From an uncultured Opitutia bacterium (GTDB lineage Bacteria; Verrucomicrobiota; Verrucomicrobiia; Opitutales; UBA953): DNA of 64,000 bases. This document shows, piece by piece, positions 34,611-44,376 of this stretch. Within the stretch, counting starts at the first letter, position 1. The number at the start of each line of letters is the position of its first letter. Location of the stretch: assembly GCA_903889525.1 (NCBI GenBank), contig CAISXT010000153.1, positions 2,340 to 66,339 on the forward strand, in the 5' to 3' direction. The translations under genes and the position numbers were made by a program. A model generated the notes under the pieces. That model was not told the DNA's origin. It searched no databases and worked only from the letters and a program-made list of their open reading frames with translations.

Positions 34611-36080
34611 ATGCGATTCCTTGCCGGACTTTTATTCTGTGGCCTGACCGCTCTCGCTGCGGACCGCCCCAACATCATTTTTATCCTGACTGACGATCAG
34701 GGCTACGGCGACTTAAGCGCCCACGGTAACCCCGTCTTAAAGACTCCGAACCTTGATAAACTGCGGACGCAAAGCGTTCGCTTTACCGACTTTCAAGTCT
34801 CACCCACCTGTTCGCCGACGCGCAGTGCTTTGCTGACGGGACGTCATGAGTTTAAGAATGGCATCACCCATACCATTCTCGAGCGTGAGCGGATGGCCTT
34901 GGGGGCGGCGACTTTACCTCAGCAGTTGCAGAAGGCTGGCTACCGCACCGGGATCTTCGGGAAGTGGCATCTCGGGGATGAGGCGGAGTATCAACCGAAC
35001 AAGCGAGGCTTTGACGAAGTCTATATCCATGGCGCCGGTGGTATCGGTCAGAGCTACCCGGGCAGCTGCGGTGACGTACCCAAGAATTCTTATTACGGAC
35101 CGACCCTGTTGCATAACGGCAAGTTCGTGAAGACCGAGGGGTATTGTACCGACATGTTCTTTAAGCAGGCCACCCGCTGGATCGAGGGGGAGGTCGCGGC
35201 CAAGCGTCCGTTTTATGCCTATATCGCCACCAATGCGCCCCACGGACCCTATCACGCCAAGCCGGAGGATGCCGCACTTTATGAAGGCAAGAAGCTTGGT
35301 AAAGATACGGAAAACTTCTTCGGCATGCTGCATAACATCGACCTGAATGTCGGGCAGCTCATGGCCAAGGTTGATGCCCTGGGCGTCGCGAACGAAACTC
35401 TCGTCGTATTCATGAATGACAACGGCGGTACGGCCGGCGTGGATGTTTTTAATGCGGGCATGCGCGCCTCCAAGGGTACGCCTTTTATGGGCGGCATCCG
35501 GGCGATGTCCTTCTGGCGTCTGCCGGGACAATTTCAGCCAGCCGATATCAAGGCACTTGCTGCACACCTTGATTTCGCTCCCACGATTCTGGAGCTCACC
35601 GGTACTCCAGCCTCGGAGCAAATGAAAGCTCAGATGGAAGGTCGGAGCTTGGTGCCGCTGCTGCGTGCTAAGGTGGGCGAAGATATCGCTTGGCCGGACC
35701 GCACGCTTTTCACCCACGTGGGTCGCTGGGGGAATATGGTGAAGGGAGTCGATCCTGAGGTTGGGAAGTATGCCCAGACGAGCGTCCGGACCGCCCAGTG
35801 GCATCTCGTTTCGATGGGTAAGAGCAAGGCGACAAAGAAAGCTCAGCGGGTGCCGGCTGACTTTACGGCGGTGGTAGCTAACTGGCAGCTCTTTGACCTG
35901 AGTAAGGATTATGGCGAAACCACCGATGTTGCTGCGCAGCATCCTGAGGTCGTCGCCAGCCTCATCGCTAAGCACGACGCTTGGTGGAAGGAATGTCGCC
36001 CGATGATGGTGAATGAGAACGTGCAAGGCCCAGCCGAGAACCCATTTAGGGTGATGTATCGGGAGCAGACGGGGAAGTAG
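34611..36080 (+). CDS. Secreted arylsulfatase (formylglycine-dependent)
   Basis: Has a signal peptide and the motifs TDDQGYGD, CSPTRSALLTGR and GKWHLG. Confidence 0.9.
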   Translation: MRFLAGLLFCGLTALAADRPNIIFILTDDQGYGDLSAHGNPVLKTPNLDKLRTQSVRFTDFQVSPTCSPTRSALLTGRHEFKNGITHTILERERMALGAATLPQQLQKAGYRTGIFGKWHLGDEAEYQPNKRGFDEVYIHGAGGIGQSYPGSCGDVPKNSYYGPTLLHNGKFVKTEGYCTDMFFKQATRWIEGEVAAKRPFYAYIATNAPHGPYHAKPEDAALYEGKKLGKDTENFFGMLHNIDLNVGQLMAKVDALGVANETLVVFMNDNGGTAGVDVFNAGMRASKGTPFMGGIRAMSFWRLPGQFQPADIKALAAHLDFAPTILELTGTPASEQMKAQMEGRSLVPLLRAKVGEDIAWPDRTLFTHVGRWGNMVKGVDPEVGKYAQTSVRTAQWHLVSMGKSKATKKAQRVPADFTAVVANWQLFDLSKDYGETTDVAAQHPEVVASLIAKHDAWWKECRPMMVNENVQGPAENPFRVMYREQTGK

Positions 36081-36086
36081 GCGGGC

Positions 36087-36100
36087 GAGTATAGAGTATA
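36087..36100. repeat. Heptamer tandem repeat x2 (GAGTATA GAGTATA)
   Basis: Read directly, 6 nt after the sulfatase stop codon. It uses the same unit as the repeat at 19954-19981. Confidence 0.7.
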
Positions 36101-36163
36101 GGCGAGGTGGCCTATGCTCCATAACCGAGGACTCGCGGGCCGGAGGGCCTGAGGGCTCGAGGC

Positions 36164-37627
36164 TTACGCCAGAAGCTTCTTCACGACTTTGCCGTGGATA
36201 TCAGTCAGGCGAAAATCGCGCCCTTGGTAGCGATAGGTCAGGCGAGTGTGGTCAACGCCCATGAGATGTAGGATGGTCGCATTGAGGTCGTGCACGTGGA
36301 CGCCGTCCTTGACGATGTTGTAACTAAAATCGTCGGTCTCGCCAAACGTGGTGCCTTTATTGACGCCCGCGCCAGCCATCAAGACCGTGAAGCAGCGTGG
36401 GTGGTGATCGCGGCCGTAGTTCGTCTCGGTCAGCGCGCCTTGGGAGTAAATTGTGCGTCCGAATTCGCCCCCCCAGACGATGAGCGTGTCATCGAGTAGT
36501 CCGCGTTGTTTGAGGTCGGTGAGTAGGCCGGCGGTGGCCTGGTCGGTGTCGTTGCACTGGCCTTTGATGGCCTTGGGGAGGCCGCCGTGGTGATCCCAAC
36601 CCATGTGGAAGAGTTGCACAAACCGGACATCACGTTCGCACAGCCTGCGGGCGAGTAGGCAATTAGAGGCGAAGGAGCCGGGGCGCTTCACATCAGGGCC
36701 GTAAAGATCGAGGACGTGTTGCGGTTCATTAGAGATGTCGAGCAGGTCAGGCACGCTGCTTTGCATGCGGAACGCCATTTCGTATTGAGCAATGCGGGTC
36801 TGAATCTCGGGATCACCGAGCACGCCGTGGCGTTGTTGGTTCAGTTCGGCGAGTTCATCCAGTTCGGCTCGGCGAACTTCGCGGGGGATGCCTTCGGGGT
36901 CTTTCAGGTAAAGGACACGTTCGCCTTTGTTGCGTAGTTTGACGCCTTGGAGTTTCGAGGGTAGGAAGCCGGCCCCCCAAAGACGATCGTAGAGGGGTTG
37001 ATCATCTGGACGCCCACTGCCGAAAGAGCTCATCACGACATAGGCAGGCAGGTTGGCGTTTTCGCTGCCGAGACCGTAGGCGGACCATGAGCCGATGCTG
37101 GGTCGGCCGGCGAGCTGACTGCCCGTCTGCATGAAGGTGATCGCCGGGTCATGATTAATCGCCTCGGTATTCATACCGCGAATCACGCACCATTCATCGG
37201 CTTTGCCCGCCATGTGCGGCATCAATTCGCTGAACCAGTTGCCACTTTGGCCGTGCTGGGCGAATTTGAACATCGACGGAGCTACCGGGAAGTTTTTCTG
37301 GCCCGATGTCATGGTCGTCAGTCGCTGGCCTTTGCGAATGGTCTCGGGGAGGTCTTTGCCGCGCATCTTCTCCATCTCCGGTTTTGGGTCGAAGAGATCG
37401 AGTTGCGAGGGAGCACCCGATTGGAAGAGGTAGATGATGCGTTTGGCTTTCGGTTTGAAATTCGGGAAGCCGAGTCCGGGGTTGGCGGCGAAGCCTGGCG
37501 TGCTCATGAGCGAGCCGAGGGCCGCGAGGCCAATCCCCCCCGCGGAGCCTTTGATGAAGGTCCGCCGGGAGAGCGCCATGCGCGTCGCCAGGTCTAATCC
37601 TTGGAATTGTCGATCGTTGCAGTTCAT
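36164..37627 (-). CDS. Tat-exported DUF1501 protein
   Basis: Twin-arginine leader SRRTFIKGSAGGIGLAALG, with the motifs WDHHG, GEFGRT and GRDHHP. It has an ATGA overlap with the upstream PSCyt gene. Confidence 0.85.
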   Translation of the reverse strand: MNCNDRQFQGLDLATRMALSRRTFIKGSAGGIGLAALGSLMSTPGFAANPGLGFPNFKPKAKRIIYLFQSGAPSQLDLFDPKPEMEKMRGKDLPETIRKGQRLTTMTSGQKNFPVAPSMFKFAQHGQSGNWFSELMPHMAGKADEWCVIRGMNTEAINHDPAITFMQTGSQLAGRPSIGSWSAYGLGSENANLPAYVVMSSFGSGRPDDQPLYDRLWGAGFLPSKLQGVKLRNKGERVLYLKDPEGIPREVRRAELDELAELNQQRHGVLGDPEIQTRIAQYEMAFRMQSSVPDLLDISNEPQHVLDLYGPDVKRPGSFASNCLLARRLCERDVRFVQLFHMGWDHHGGLPKAIKGQCNDTDQATAGLLTDLKQRGLLDDTLIVWGGEFGRTIYSQGALTETNYGRDHHPRCFTVLMAGAGVNKGTTFGETDDFSYNIVKDGVHVHDLNATILHLMGVDHTRLTYRYQGRDFRLTDIHGKVVKKLLA

Positions 37628-40600
37628 TCGCGGGTCACGGTTTCGTCTAAGTTAAGGAGAACGTTGGCGGTCACGGTCCAGGCGGCGACTTCCTCGGGCT
37701 TGAGGTCCGCGGCGGCTGGAGAGGATCCGGCGGCGAGGAGCTTCTTCGCTAAGGCTGGGTCGCTGGCGTAGGTCTGGAGGCGCCGTTCAAGTCCCTGGCG
37801 GAGGACGGCTAGCTCCTTCGGGTTGGCGTCCCGAGACGTCACGCGATGGAAGGCCCAAGCCAAGCGCACGGAGAGGTCACCGGGTTGGCGGAGGGTTAAT
37901 TCCGCTAATTTACGGGCAGCCTCGACGTAGGTGACTTCATTCAACAGGGACAACGCCTGAAGTGGCGTATTCGAGCGTGAGCGCTTGACCGTGCAGACTT
38001 CGCGGCCAGCCGAATCAAACAGGAGCATCGACGGCGGGGCCGCGGTACGTTTCCAAATGGTGTAAAGCGAACGGCGATAGAGGCCTTCACCCATGTCGGG
38101 TTTATAATTACGCATGTCACCATAGACGCTGGTTTCGTCCCAGACGGCTTCGGGCATGTAAGGTTTCACGCTCGGTCCGCCCTGTTTTTCGATGAGCAGG
38201 CCGCTGATGGCCAAGGCTTGATCACGGATGAGTTCAGCTGGCATGCGGAAGCGAGGCCCGCGCGCGAGTAAGCGGTTATCGGGATCTTTCTCTAGCATGT
38301 CCTTGGTGACGGCCGCGCTGCGGCGGTAGGCGGCGCTCGTGAGCATGAGTTTATGCATCGCCTTCATGTCCCACTTGCGGTCAACGAACTCGACGGCCAG
38401 CCAGTCGAGAAGCGCAGGGTTACTCGGCCACTCGGCTTGCGAGCCGAAATTCTCAGAGGTTTTGACTAAGCCGACACCGAAGAATCGTTCCCAGGCACGA
38501 TTAACCCAGACGCGTCCGGTGAGTGGATGGCGGCCGCTGACGAGCCAGGAGGCGAAGCCAAGTCGATTGTTGGGGGCGCCTTCAGGCAACGGCGGCAGGA
38601 AGGCTGGCAGTTTGCGTTCCACCTTGGGGCCGATGCGGTCATATTCTCCGCGGAGCAGGAGGAAGGCGTCGCGGGGTTTGTCGTTTTCCTTCATCACCAT
38701 GATATTCACTGGGGCGCCCGTGGCATTATCGAGGGATGTCTTGGCGGCGGCGACTTTTTCCATCGCTTGTTGGCGGGGGTGTTCCGGGCTTTCGGTGAAC
38801 AGCTTGACGATGGCCTTTCGATCAATGTCCGTGAGTTCGGCGTCTGGGCGCGCGAGAAGTCGGCGGAGGGATTCCGACTTGGGGTCGGATTTTAGCGACA
38901 GGAGTTTGGCATCTTGGCTCGAGGTGTTGAGGCGGAAGCGCCCGATGCTGTGACCGCCGAACGAATCATGGCGGAGCACCACGATTAATTTAGCACCCGT
39001 TGGGATGAGGGTCGGTGCCACGGTGAAGATGGCCTGACGGTGGACGCGGTTTTCGGGGATGTTGCCGCCGATGGCCCAGCCGACGCTGCCAGGCGCGGCC
39101 TTCTTGGCTTTGCCCTTGGCGGGAGGAGCTTTAGCGAGGCCAGCGATGGACCAGCCGGGTTGGTCAAAGTCGGTTTCCGCCTTGGTGATCGGCAGGGAGG
39201 AGGTTTTACCGTCAGCCGTGACGAGACGCACATCGATAGAGCTGAGCACGAAGTTTCCGTTAGAGCCTCGGCCAAGGCTTTTTTCCGGGAGGCTATCATC
39301 TGGGAAAGCCTCCAGTCGAACCGCGGTGAGAAGTCCGGCCGCTGGCTGGGATTCGATGAGATACGTTTCTTTCGCTGGTGCTATCCCGAGCGCGAGCCAG
39401 GTGCCATCCTCGAGTCGTTTGAAGGTGCTTCCTTGCTGAGCCGTGACTTTCTCGCCTTCTAAGATATTCCAAGGAGTGCCGCTCTGGCTGAAGGCCAAGC
39501 GTTTTTCGCTCAACCATTTGTGGTAGAGTTCAGGCTGCTCGGCGGGCGTGTTCTTGAGTGCAGCTTCCGCCGTCGCCAAGACGCTGGCGGCGTCATCAAT
39601 CTTTTTTTGCTCTTCTGGGGTGGGCAGCGAGAGTAGCGGCGGGGTGTTGCCACCGCGTCGGGTGGTGCCGGCCCCGCCGAAATCTCCCAAAACGCCAGAT
39701 TCTTGGTTAGAATTAAAATAGGCGAAGAACTGGTAGAATTCTTTCTGTGTGATCGGGTCGTATTTATGGTCGTGGCAGCGACAGCAATTCATCGTCAAGG
39801 CCATCCAGGTCGACCCAGTGGTTTCCACGCGGTCGATGACGTTTTCCGCAAACCATTCCTCGACGATGCGGCCTCCCTCGCCGTTGAGGCGGTGGTTGCG
39901 GTGGAAGGCCGTGGCGACGATCTGGTCGCGGTTGGCGCTCGGAAGCAGATCACCGGCGAGCTGCTCGACTGTGAAGGCGTCGAACGGCTTATTGTCGTTG
40001 AAGGCCTTGATGACCCAATCGCGATAGGGCCACATGGTACGCTGGGTGTCGCTCTGGAAGCCATTGCTGTCCGCATAGCGGGCGAAGTCGAGCCACTGCA
40101 TTGCCATGTTCTCGCCGTAGCGCGGCGAGGCGAGCAGGCGGTCAACGGCTTTCGGCCAGGCCTCCGTGGAGGTGTCTCCGAGAAAGGCTTGGAGGTCGGC
40201 GTCGGTCGGGGGGAGGCCGGTCAGGTCGAGCGCAGCGCGACGGAGCAGGGTGGCCTTCGGGGCATCACCGTTCGGGGTGAGGCCTTTGGCGGTCAGCCCT
40301 TGGGCTAAGAACCCGTCGATGGCGTTACCGTTGGCCGGAATCGTCGGAGTGGCTGGTTTGCTGGGAGGGATGAATGCCCAGTGGCCTTGGTACTCGGCAC
40401 CCTCCTTAATCCAGCGCCGCACCGTCTCAATTTGGGTTGCAGACAGCACCTTGTGGAAATCCGCGGGCGGCATGTGCTCATCCGTATCCTTCGTGAGGAG
40501 GCGTTCCATGACTTGACTCTTTTCTGGGTGCCCGGGGACGATGGCTGGCTTCTCGGATTTGCCGCCTTTGATCGCTGCTTCAAATGAATCTAGCCGTAGC

Positions 40601-40761
40601 TTGGCTTTGACCTTGGCGACATCGGGGCCGTGGCAAGCGAAGCAGGTGTCGGAGAAGATGGGCCGGATGTCGCGGTTGAATTCGACGCGCTCCTCGGCCG
40701 AGGCAAAGGGACCAAGGGCGAGGGCGCTGAGCGCGACCAGATGGGGGAGCGAGGGGCGCAT
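37624..40761 (-). CDS. PSCyt1 + DUF1549 (PSCyt2) + DUF1553 (PSD1) protein
   Basis: I trimmed the start to the ATG at 40761 (signal peptide MRPSLPHLVALSALALGPFASA). The N-terminal heme-type motif is CFACHGPD, the internal motif is CCRCHDHKYDPI, and the DUF1553 motif is VWVNRAWERFFG. Confidence 0.85.
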   Translation of the reverse strand: MRPSLPHLVALSALALGPFASAEERVEFNRDIRPIFSDTCFACHGPDVAKVKAKLRLDSFEAAIKGGKSEKPAIVPGHPEKSQVMERLLTKDTDEHMPPADFHKVLSATQIETVRRWIKEGAEYQGHWAFIPPSKPATPTIPANGNAIDGFLAQGLTAKGLTPNGDAPKATLLRRAALDLTGLPPTDADLQAFLGDTSTEAWPKAVDRLLASPRYGENMAMQWLDFARYADSNGFQSDTQRTMWPYRDWVIKAFNDNKPFDAFTVEQLAGDLLPSANRDQIVATAFHRNHRLNGEGGRIVEEWFAENVIDRVETTGSTWMALTMNCCRCHDHKYDPITQKEFYQFFAYFNSNQESGVLGDFGGAGTTRRGGNTPPLLSLPTPEEQKKIDDAASVLATAEAALKNTPAEQPELYHKWLSEKRLAFSQSGTPWNILEGEKVTAQQGSTFKRLEDGTWLALGIAPAKETYLIESQPAAGLLTAVRLEAFPDDSLPEKSLGRGSNGNFVLSSIDVRLVTADGKTSSLPITKAETDFDQPGWSIAGLAKAPPAKGKAKKAAPGSVGWAIGGNIPENRVHRQAIFTVAPTLIPTGAKLIVVLRHDSFGGHSIGRFRLNTSSQDAKLLSLKSDPKSESLRRLLARPDAELTDIDRKAIVKLFTESPEHPRQQAMEKVAAAKTSLDNATGAPVNIMVMKENDKPRDAFLLLRGEYDRIGPKVERKLPAFLPPLPEGAPNNRLGFASWLVSGRHPLTGRVWVNRAWERFFGVGLVKTSENFGSQAEWPSNPALLDWLAVEFVDRKWDMKAMHKLMLTSAAYRRSAAVTKDMLEKDPDNRLLARGPRFRMPAELIRDQALAISGLLIEKQGGPSVKPYMPEAVWDETSVYGDMRNYKPDMGEGLYRRSLYTIWKRTAAPPSMLLFDSAGREVCTVKRSRSNTPLQALSLLNEVTYVEAARKLAELTLRQPGDLSVRLAWAFHRVTSRDANPKELAVLRQGLERRLQTYASDPALAKKLLAAGSSPAAADLKPEEVAAWTVTANVLLNLDETVTRE

Positions 40762-40818
40762 GGGGTGTGCGAGTTCTGAAAAGTTAGGTGCCCTCCACAC
40801 CCTTGCAACGAGTAGTTA

Positions 40819-40846
40819 ATAAAAAACCCCTCATACGAGGGGTTTT
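40819..40846 (-). terminator. Rho-independent terminator after the DUF1080 genes
   Basis: The minus strand reads AAAACCCCTC-GTAT-GAGGGGTTTTTTATT, 20 nt after the stop at 40867. Confidence 0.8.
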
Positions 40847-40866
40847 GAAGCGAGCTGGGGAGCTCC

Positions 40867-42159
40867 TTACTTTGACTCGATTGTTTTGAGGGACAGATTG
40901 CGGAAGCCAACGGGATCAGCATGGCCAGCAAAACCGAAGTAGCCGTGCGTATTGTCTTTTCCGGGGTGAGCGCTCTTGGCCATTACGGTCGCCATATCGA
41001 CCTTGGAGAGGTCGCAGTCGAGGATGAGGTAGCCATTGAGTTCCACCTTGATGGTGGAACCTACGACGGTGACTTCTTCGAAGTTCCATTCGCCGATGGG
41101 GCGCTGGTAGCCGCGCTGGGCCGCGACCATGCCGTAAGCCGAGCCATGGACTTGGCGCGGGTCGAGTTTGCCCTTCACCTTGTCGTAGTTGTCATCCAAC
41201 ACCTGGATTTCGCACATGCCGACATAGGCGGTGTTGCCCTGTCCAGGGAAGCGAATGCAGAAGCCGTTATTGCCGCCGACGGGAATCTTGATTTCCGAGC
41301 GAACCGAGAAGTCCTTTAGGTCATCCTTGTAGTAGAGGTTGCCGCCTTTCTTGGGTTTGCAGAAGATGGCTCCATCGACGACTTCATATTCGGTCAGGGC
41401 GCCGCGCCAGTCGGTCAGATCCTTGCCATTGAAGATGGACTTGAAGCCCTCGTTGCCATGAGCGGCCAGGATTTTGTTCGCTTCTTCGCCGCCGATTTCG
41501 CGGATAGCGATGTTGCGCCACTTAATCTGAGCACCGTGGGTTTGCAGGCAGATCGGGCCTTTAGTGGGGATGGCCGACTTGCGGTCGTAGTAGTTTTCGA
41601 GGATGGCGTGGTCGACGGTCTGCTTGCCGTTGAGCCAGACGCTGACGCGGGAGCCAACCATCAGGATGCGCATCGTGTTCCATTCGCCAGGCGGCTTATC
41701 CGCGAGGACTAGGGCGTTTCTGCCGGGAGCACCCTTGGTGTTATTCCAAAGGGAACCTGAACCCAGTTGGGCGTCATTTTTAACTTCCTTGGGATTAGCG
41801 GGATCCCAGATTTGCACCTGGGGGCAGGCGCGGAGGTAGATGCCGGAGTCGCCCAGAGGAGCCATGTTGTATTCCAGGACGAGTTCGATGTCGCCGTATT
41901 CCTTGTCAGTGGTGGCGTAGGCGCCGGTGCCGGGATTGATGAGTTCGCCGTCCTTTGCGGACCAGTGCTGCGGGAATTCGTCGCGCATCTTCTTGAGGAT
42001 GGCGTCCTTCTTTTCGCCGGTTTGCTTGCCGACGGAATGGGGGTTGTAGCCATACCAGCCGGTGAGGTCTTTGCCATTGAACAAAGGCGTGAAGCCGGCG
42101 GGCGAGTCCGCAAAGAGAGCGGAAGCCGCGACGGCGAGGAGGGTGGTGAGGAGGCGCAT
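40867..42159 (-). CDS. Secreted tandem double DUF1080 (3-keto-disaccharide hydrolase family) protein
   Basis: I trimmed the start to the ATG at 42159 (MRLLTTLLAVAASALFA). Two repeats each begin with the LFNGKDLTGW / IFNGKDLTDW signature and end with the LNGK / LNGY strand. Confidence 0.8.
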   Translation of the reverse strand: MRLLTTLLAVAASALFADSPAGFTPLFNGKDLTGWYGYNPHSVGKQTGEKKDAILKKMRDEFPQHWSAKDGELINPGTGAYATTDKEYGDIELVLEYNMAPLGDSGIYLRACPQVQIWDPANPKEVKNDAQLGSGSLWNNTKGAPGRNALVLADKPPGEWNTMRILMVGSRVSVWLNGKQTVDHAILENYYDRKSAIPTKGPICLQTHGAQIKWRNIAIREIGGEEANKILAAHGNEGFKSIFNGKDLTDWRGALTEYEVVDGAIFCKPKKGGNLYYKDDLKDFSVRSEIKIPVGGNNGFCIRFPGQGNTAYVGMCEIQVLDDNYDKVKGKLDPRQVHGSAYGMVAAQRGYQRPIGEWNFEEVTVVGSTIKVELNGYLILDCDLSKVDMATVMAKSAHPGKDNTHGYFGFAGHADPVGFRNLSLKTIESK

Positions 42160-42202
42160 ATATCGAGGAAGGGAGGACAGGAGGGCCTGAAGGCAGGAGT
42201 GT

Positions 42203-42856
42203 TTAGAGGGGTTCGAGGGTGCAGCGCTTGACTTCGAAGGCACCGCCTTCGACTTGGAGGCCGATGAAGCCTTCGGTTAGGTTGGCGCCGGTAGCTTTGT
42301 TTACTTCCTTACCATTCACGATGATGGTGACGGTGTCCTTGTCGCAGATGGTGGTAAAGGTGTTCCATTCGCCCGCTGGCTTCTCGGCGTCGACCTGTTT
42401 GCCCAGACGGTAGCCACGGATCTTGCCCGACTTCTTGTCTTTGAGTTCCGTACCGCCCGTGAGCGTCGCACCGTTCCAGAAGTAGAAGTCGCCTTGGTTC
42501 TTGTGCATGCCTTGGCATTCGATGCTCTTCGGCCAGATGGCGTCCGGCGGGGTCATGTGGACGACCACACCGGTATTGCCTACTTTGGTGAAGCGCCACT
42601 CGACCGTAAAGCGATACTGCTTGTAGCTCTTTTCGGTTCGCAGGAAACCGTTGGGCTTACCGGTGCAGGCAAGCAAACCGTCCTTGATACTCCAGGTGTC
42701 CTTGGAGGTGGCTTCCGGAAAGACCACCCAGCCGACGGTGTCCTTGCCATTGAAGAGCTCCGTCTTAGCGGAAGGGGTGATGGCGTCAGCGGCGAAGACG
42801 TTCGCGAAGTTCGCAAACAGCAGGGTAGCTAGGAGGGCTAGGCGGGTGGGGTGCAT
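42203..42856 (-). CDS. Secreted single-domain DUF1080 (3-keto-disaccharide hydrolase family) protein
   Basis: Has a signal peptide and the motifs ELFNGKDTVGW, PAGEWNTF and VNGKEV. Confidence 0.8.
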   Translation of the reverse strand: MHPTRLALLATLLFANFANVFAADAITPSAKTELFNGKDTVGWVVFPEATSKDTWSIKDGLLACTGKPNGFLRTEKSYKQYRFTVEWRFTKVGNTGVVVHMTPPDAIWPKSIECQGMHKNQGDFYFWNGATLTGGTELKDKKSGKIRGYRLGKQVDAEKPAGEWNTFTTICDKDTVTIIVNGKEVNKATGANLTEGFIGLQVEGGAFEVKRCTLEPL

Positions 42857-42892
42857 CCCTTGAACTTACAACTTAGCGTCCACCTATGAAGG

Positions 42893-42916
42893 AAAAACGC
42901 CAAATTTTAACGGCGT
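42893..42916 (-). terminator. Possible weak terminator or attenuating hairpin
   Basis: The minus strand reads ACGCC-(10 nt loop)-GGCGT followed by TTTTT. The stem is only 5 bp. Confidence 0.3.
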
Positions 42917-42934
42917 ATAAGTGTCGTTTACCGC

Positions 42935-44374
42935 TCAGCCAATAATCCCTTTGACGGCCTTTCCGGCAATGCCTGTCAGGCGAACGTCGAGGCCTTGGTA
43001 CTTCATGCTCAGCTGCCGATGGTCGATACCCATCAGCTGGAGCATGGTGGCGTGGAGGTCGTGCACATCGACGACGTTCTCAACGGCGTGGTAGCCCAGC
43101 TCGTCCGTGGCGCCGTAAGTGGTGCCGGCTTTGACGCCGCCGCCGGCCATGAAGACGCTGTAACCAGCGATATGGTGATCGCGGCCGGAACCTTGGCCCA
43201 TGGGCGTGCGCCCGAATTCTCCGCCCCAGAGGATGAGGGTGTCTTCAAGCATGCCGCGTTCTTTCAAATCACGAATCAAGGCGGCGGTGGCTTTGTCCAC
43301 ATCTTCGGCGCCCATCTTCATGCCGTTCTCAAGATTACCGTGGAGATCCCACGCGCGGTGGTAGAGCTGGATCATGCGTACGCCGCGTTCGGCAAGTCGG
43401 CGAGCCATGAGACAATTGGAGGCGAAGGAGCCGTCGCCGATTTCCTTGATGCCGTATGATTCGATGGTCTTGGCGGACTCACTCTTGAAATCAAGTAACT
43501 CCGGCACACTCGACTGCATCTTGAATGCCATTTCATATTGCGCGATGCGCGTGGCGATCTCGGGGTCGACGGTTTCTTCGGCGAGTTGTCCGTTGAGACG
43601 ACGAATCTCATCGATGACTTGGCGCTGGGTGCTTTGGCAGACGCCTTCCGGATTGCCGATGTAGTGGACGGCTTCGCCTTTGGACTGGAACTGAATGCCT
43701 TGGTATTTGCTCGGAAGGACGCCGCTGGACCACTGGCGGGCCGAAATGGGCTGCTGGCCGGTGCGGCCAGTGGAAGTAAGGACGATGTAGCCAGGCAGGT
43801 TCTCAGTCTCCGCGCCGAGGCCGTAGAGGAGCCAGGAACCCATGCAGGGGCGGCCCTTGATGATGGAGCCGGTGTTGATAAAGGCGTGCGCCGTATCGTG
43901 GTTGATCTGCTCCGTCTTCAGCGAGCGAATGACGCACATCTCGTCGGCGACACTGCCGATGTGCGGGAAAATATCCGTCATCTCCATGCCGGATTTACCC
44001 CACTTCTTAAATTCGAAGGAGCCACCGCGGGCCTTGAGCACCGTATTTTGAAGCTGGGCGATTTGTTGCCCCTTCGTGAATGACTCAGGGAAGGGTTGGC
44101 CATCGAGTTTTTTCAGGACGGGCTTGTTGTCGAAAAGCTCGAGATGAGGCGGGCCGCCAGCCATGCAGAGGAAGATGACGCGCTTAGCTTTGACGGGGAA
44201 GTGGGGCGAACGGAGGAAGCCTTTGGAAAAGCCGGAGGCGGGCGGGGTGACGGCGGCACTCGCCTTGGCGGCGAGCATCGCAAAGGCCGCTCCACCGAGC
44301 CCGTAGGCACTCTTGGTCAGGAAGCTGCGCCGATTGATGGACAGCGCGTGGGCGATGGGGTCGTAAGGCTTCAT
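42935..44374 (-). CDS. Tat-exported DUF1501 protein
   Basis: I trimmed the start to the ATG at 44374 (MKPYDPIAHALSINRRSFLTKSAYGLGGAAFA), 2 nt after the stop of the upstream PSCyt gene. Motifs are WDLHG, GEFGRTP and GRDHH. Confidence 0.85.
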   Translation of the reverse strand: MKPYDPIAHALSINRRSFLTKSAYGLGGAAFAMLAAKASAAVTPPASGFSKGFLRSPHFPVKAKRVIFLCMAGGPPHLELFDNKPVLKKLDGQPFPESFTKGQQIAQLQNTVLKARGGSFEFKKWGKSGMEMTDIFPHIGSVADEMCVIRSLKTEQINHDTAHAFINTGSIIKGRPCMGSWLLYGLGAETENLPGYIVLTSTGRTGQQPISARQWSSGVLPSKYQGIQFQSKGEAVHYIGNPEGVCQSTQRQVIDEIRRLNGQLAEETVDPEIATRIAQYEMAFKMQSSVPELLDFKSESAKTIESYGIKEIGDGSFASNCLMARRLAERGVRMIQLYHRAWDLHGNLENGMKMGAEDVDKATAALIRDLKERGMLEDTLILWGGEFGRTPMGQGSGRDHHIAGYSVFMAGGGVKAGTTYGATDELGYHAVENVVDVHDLHATMLQLMGIDHRQLSMKYQGLDVRLTGIAGKAVKGIIG

Positions 44375-44376
44375 GA

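Noticed and set aside
34914-36122. 402-aa minus-strand ORF
   Set aside because: It is antisense to the sulfatase gene, which has clear catalytic motifs. The translation is Arg/Leu/His-rich and low in complexity.
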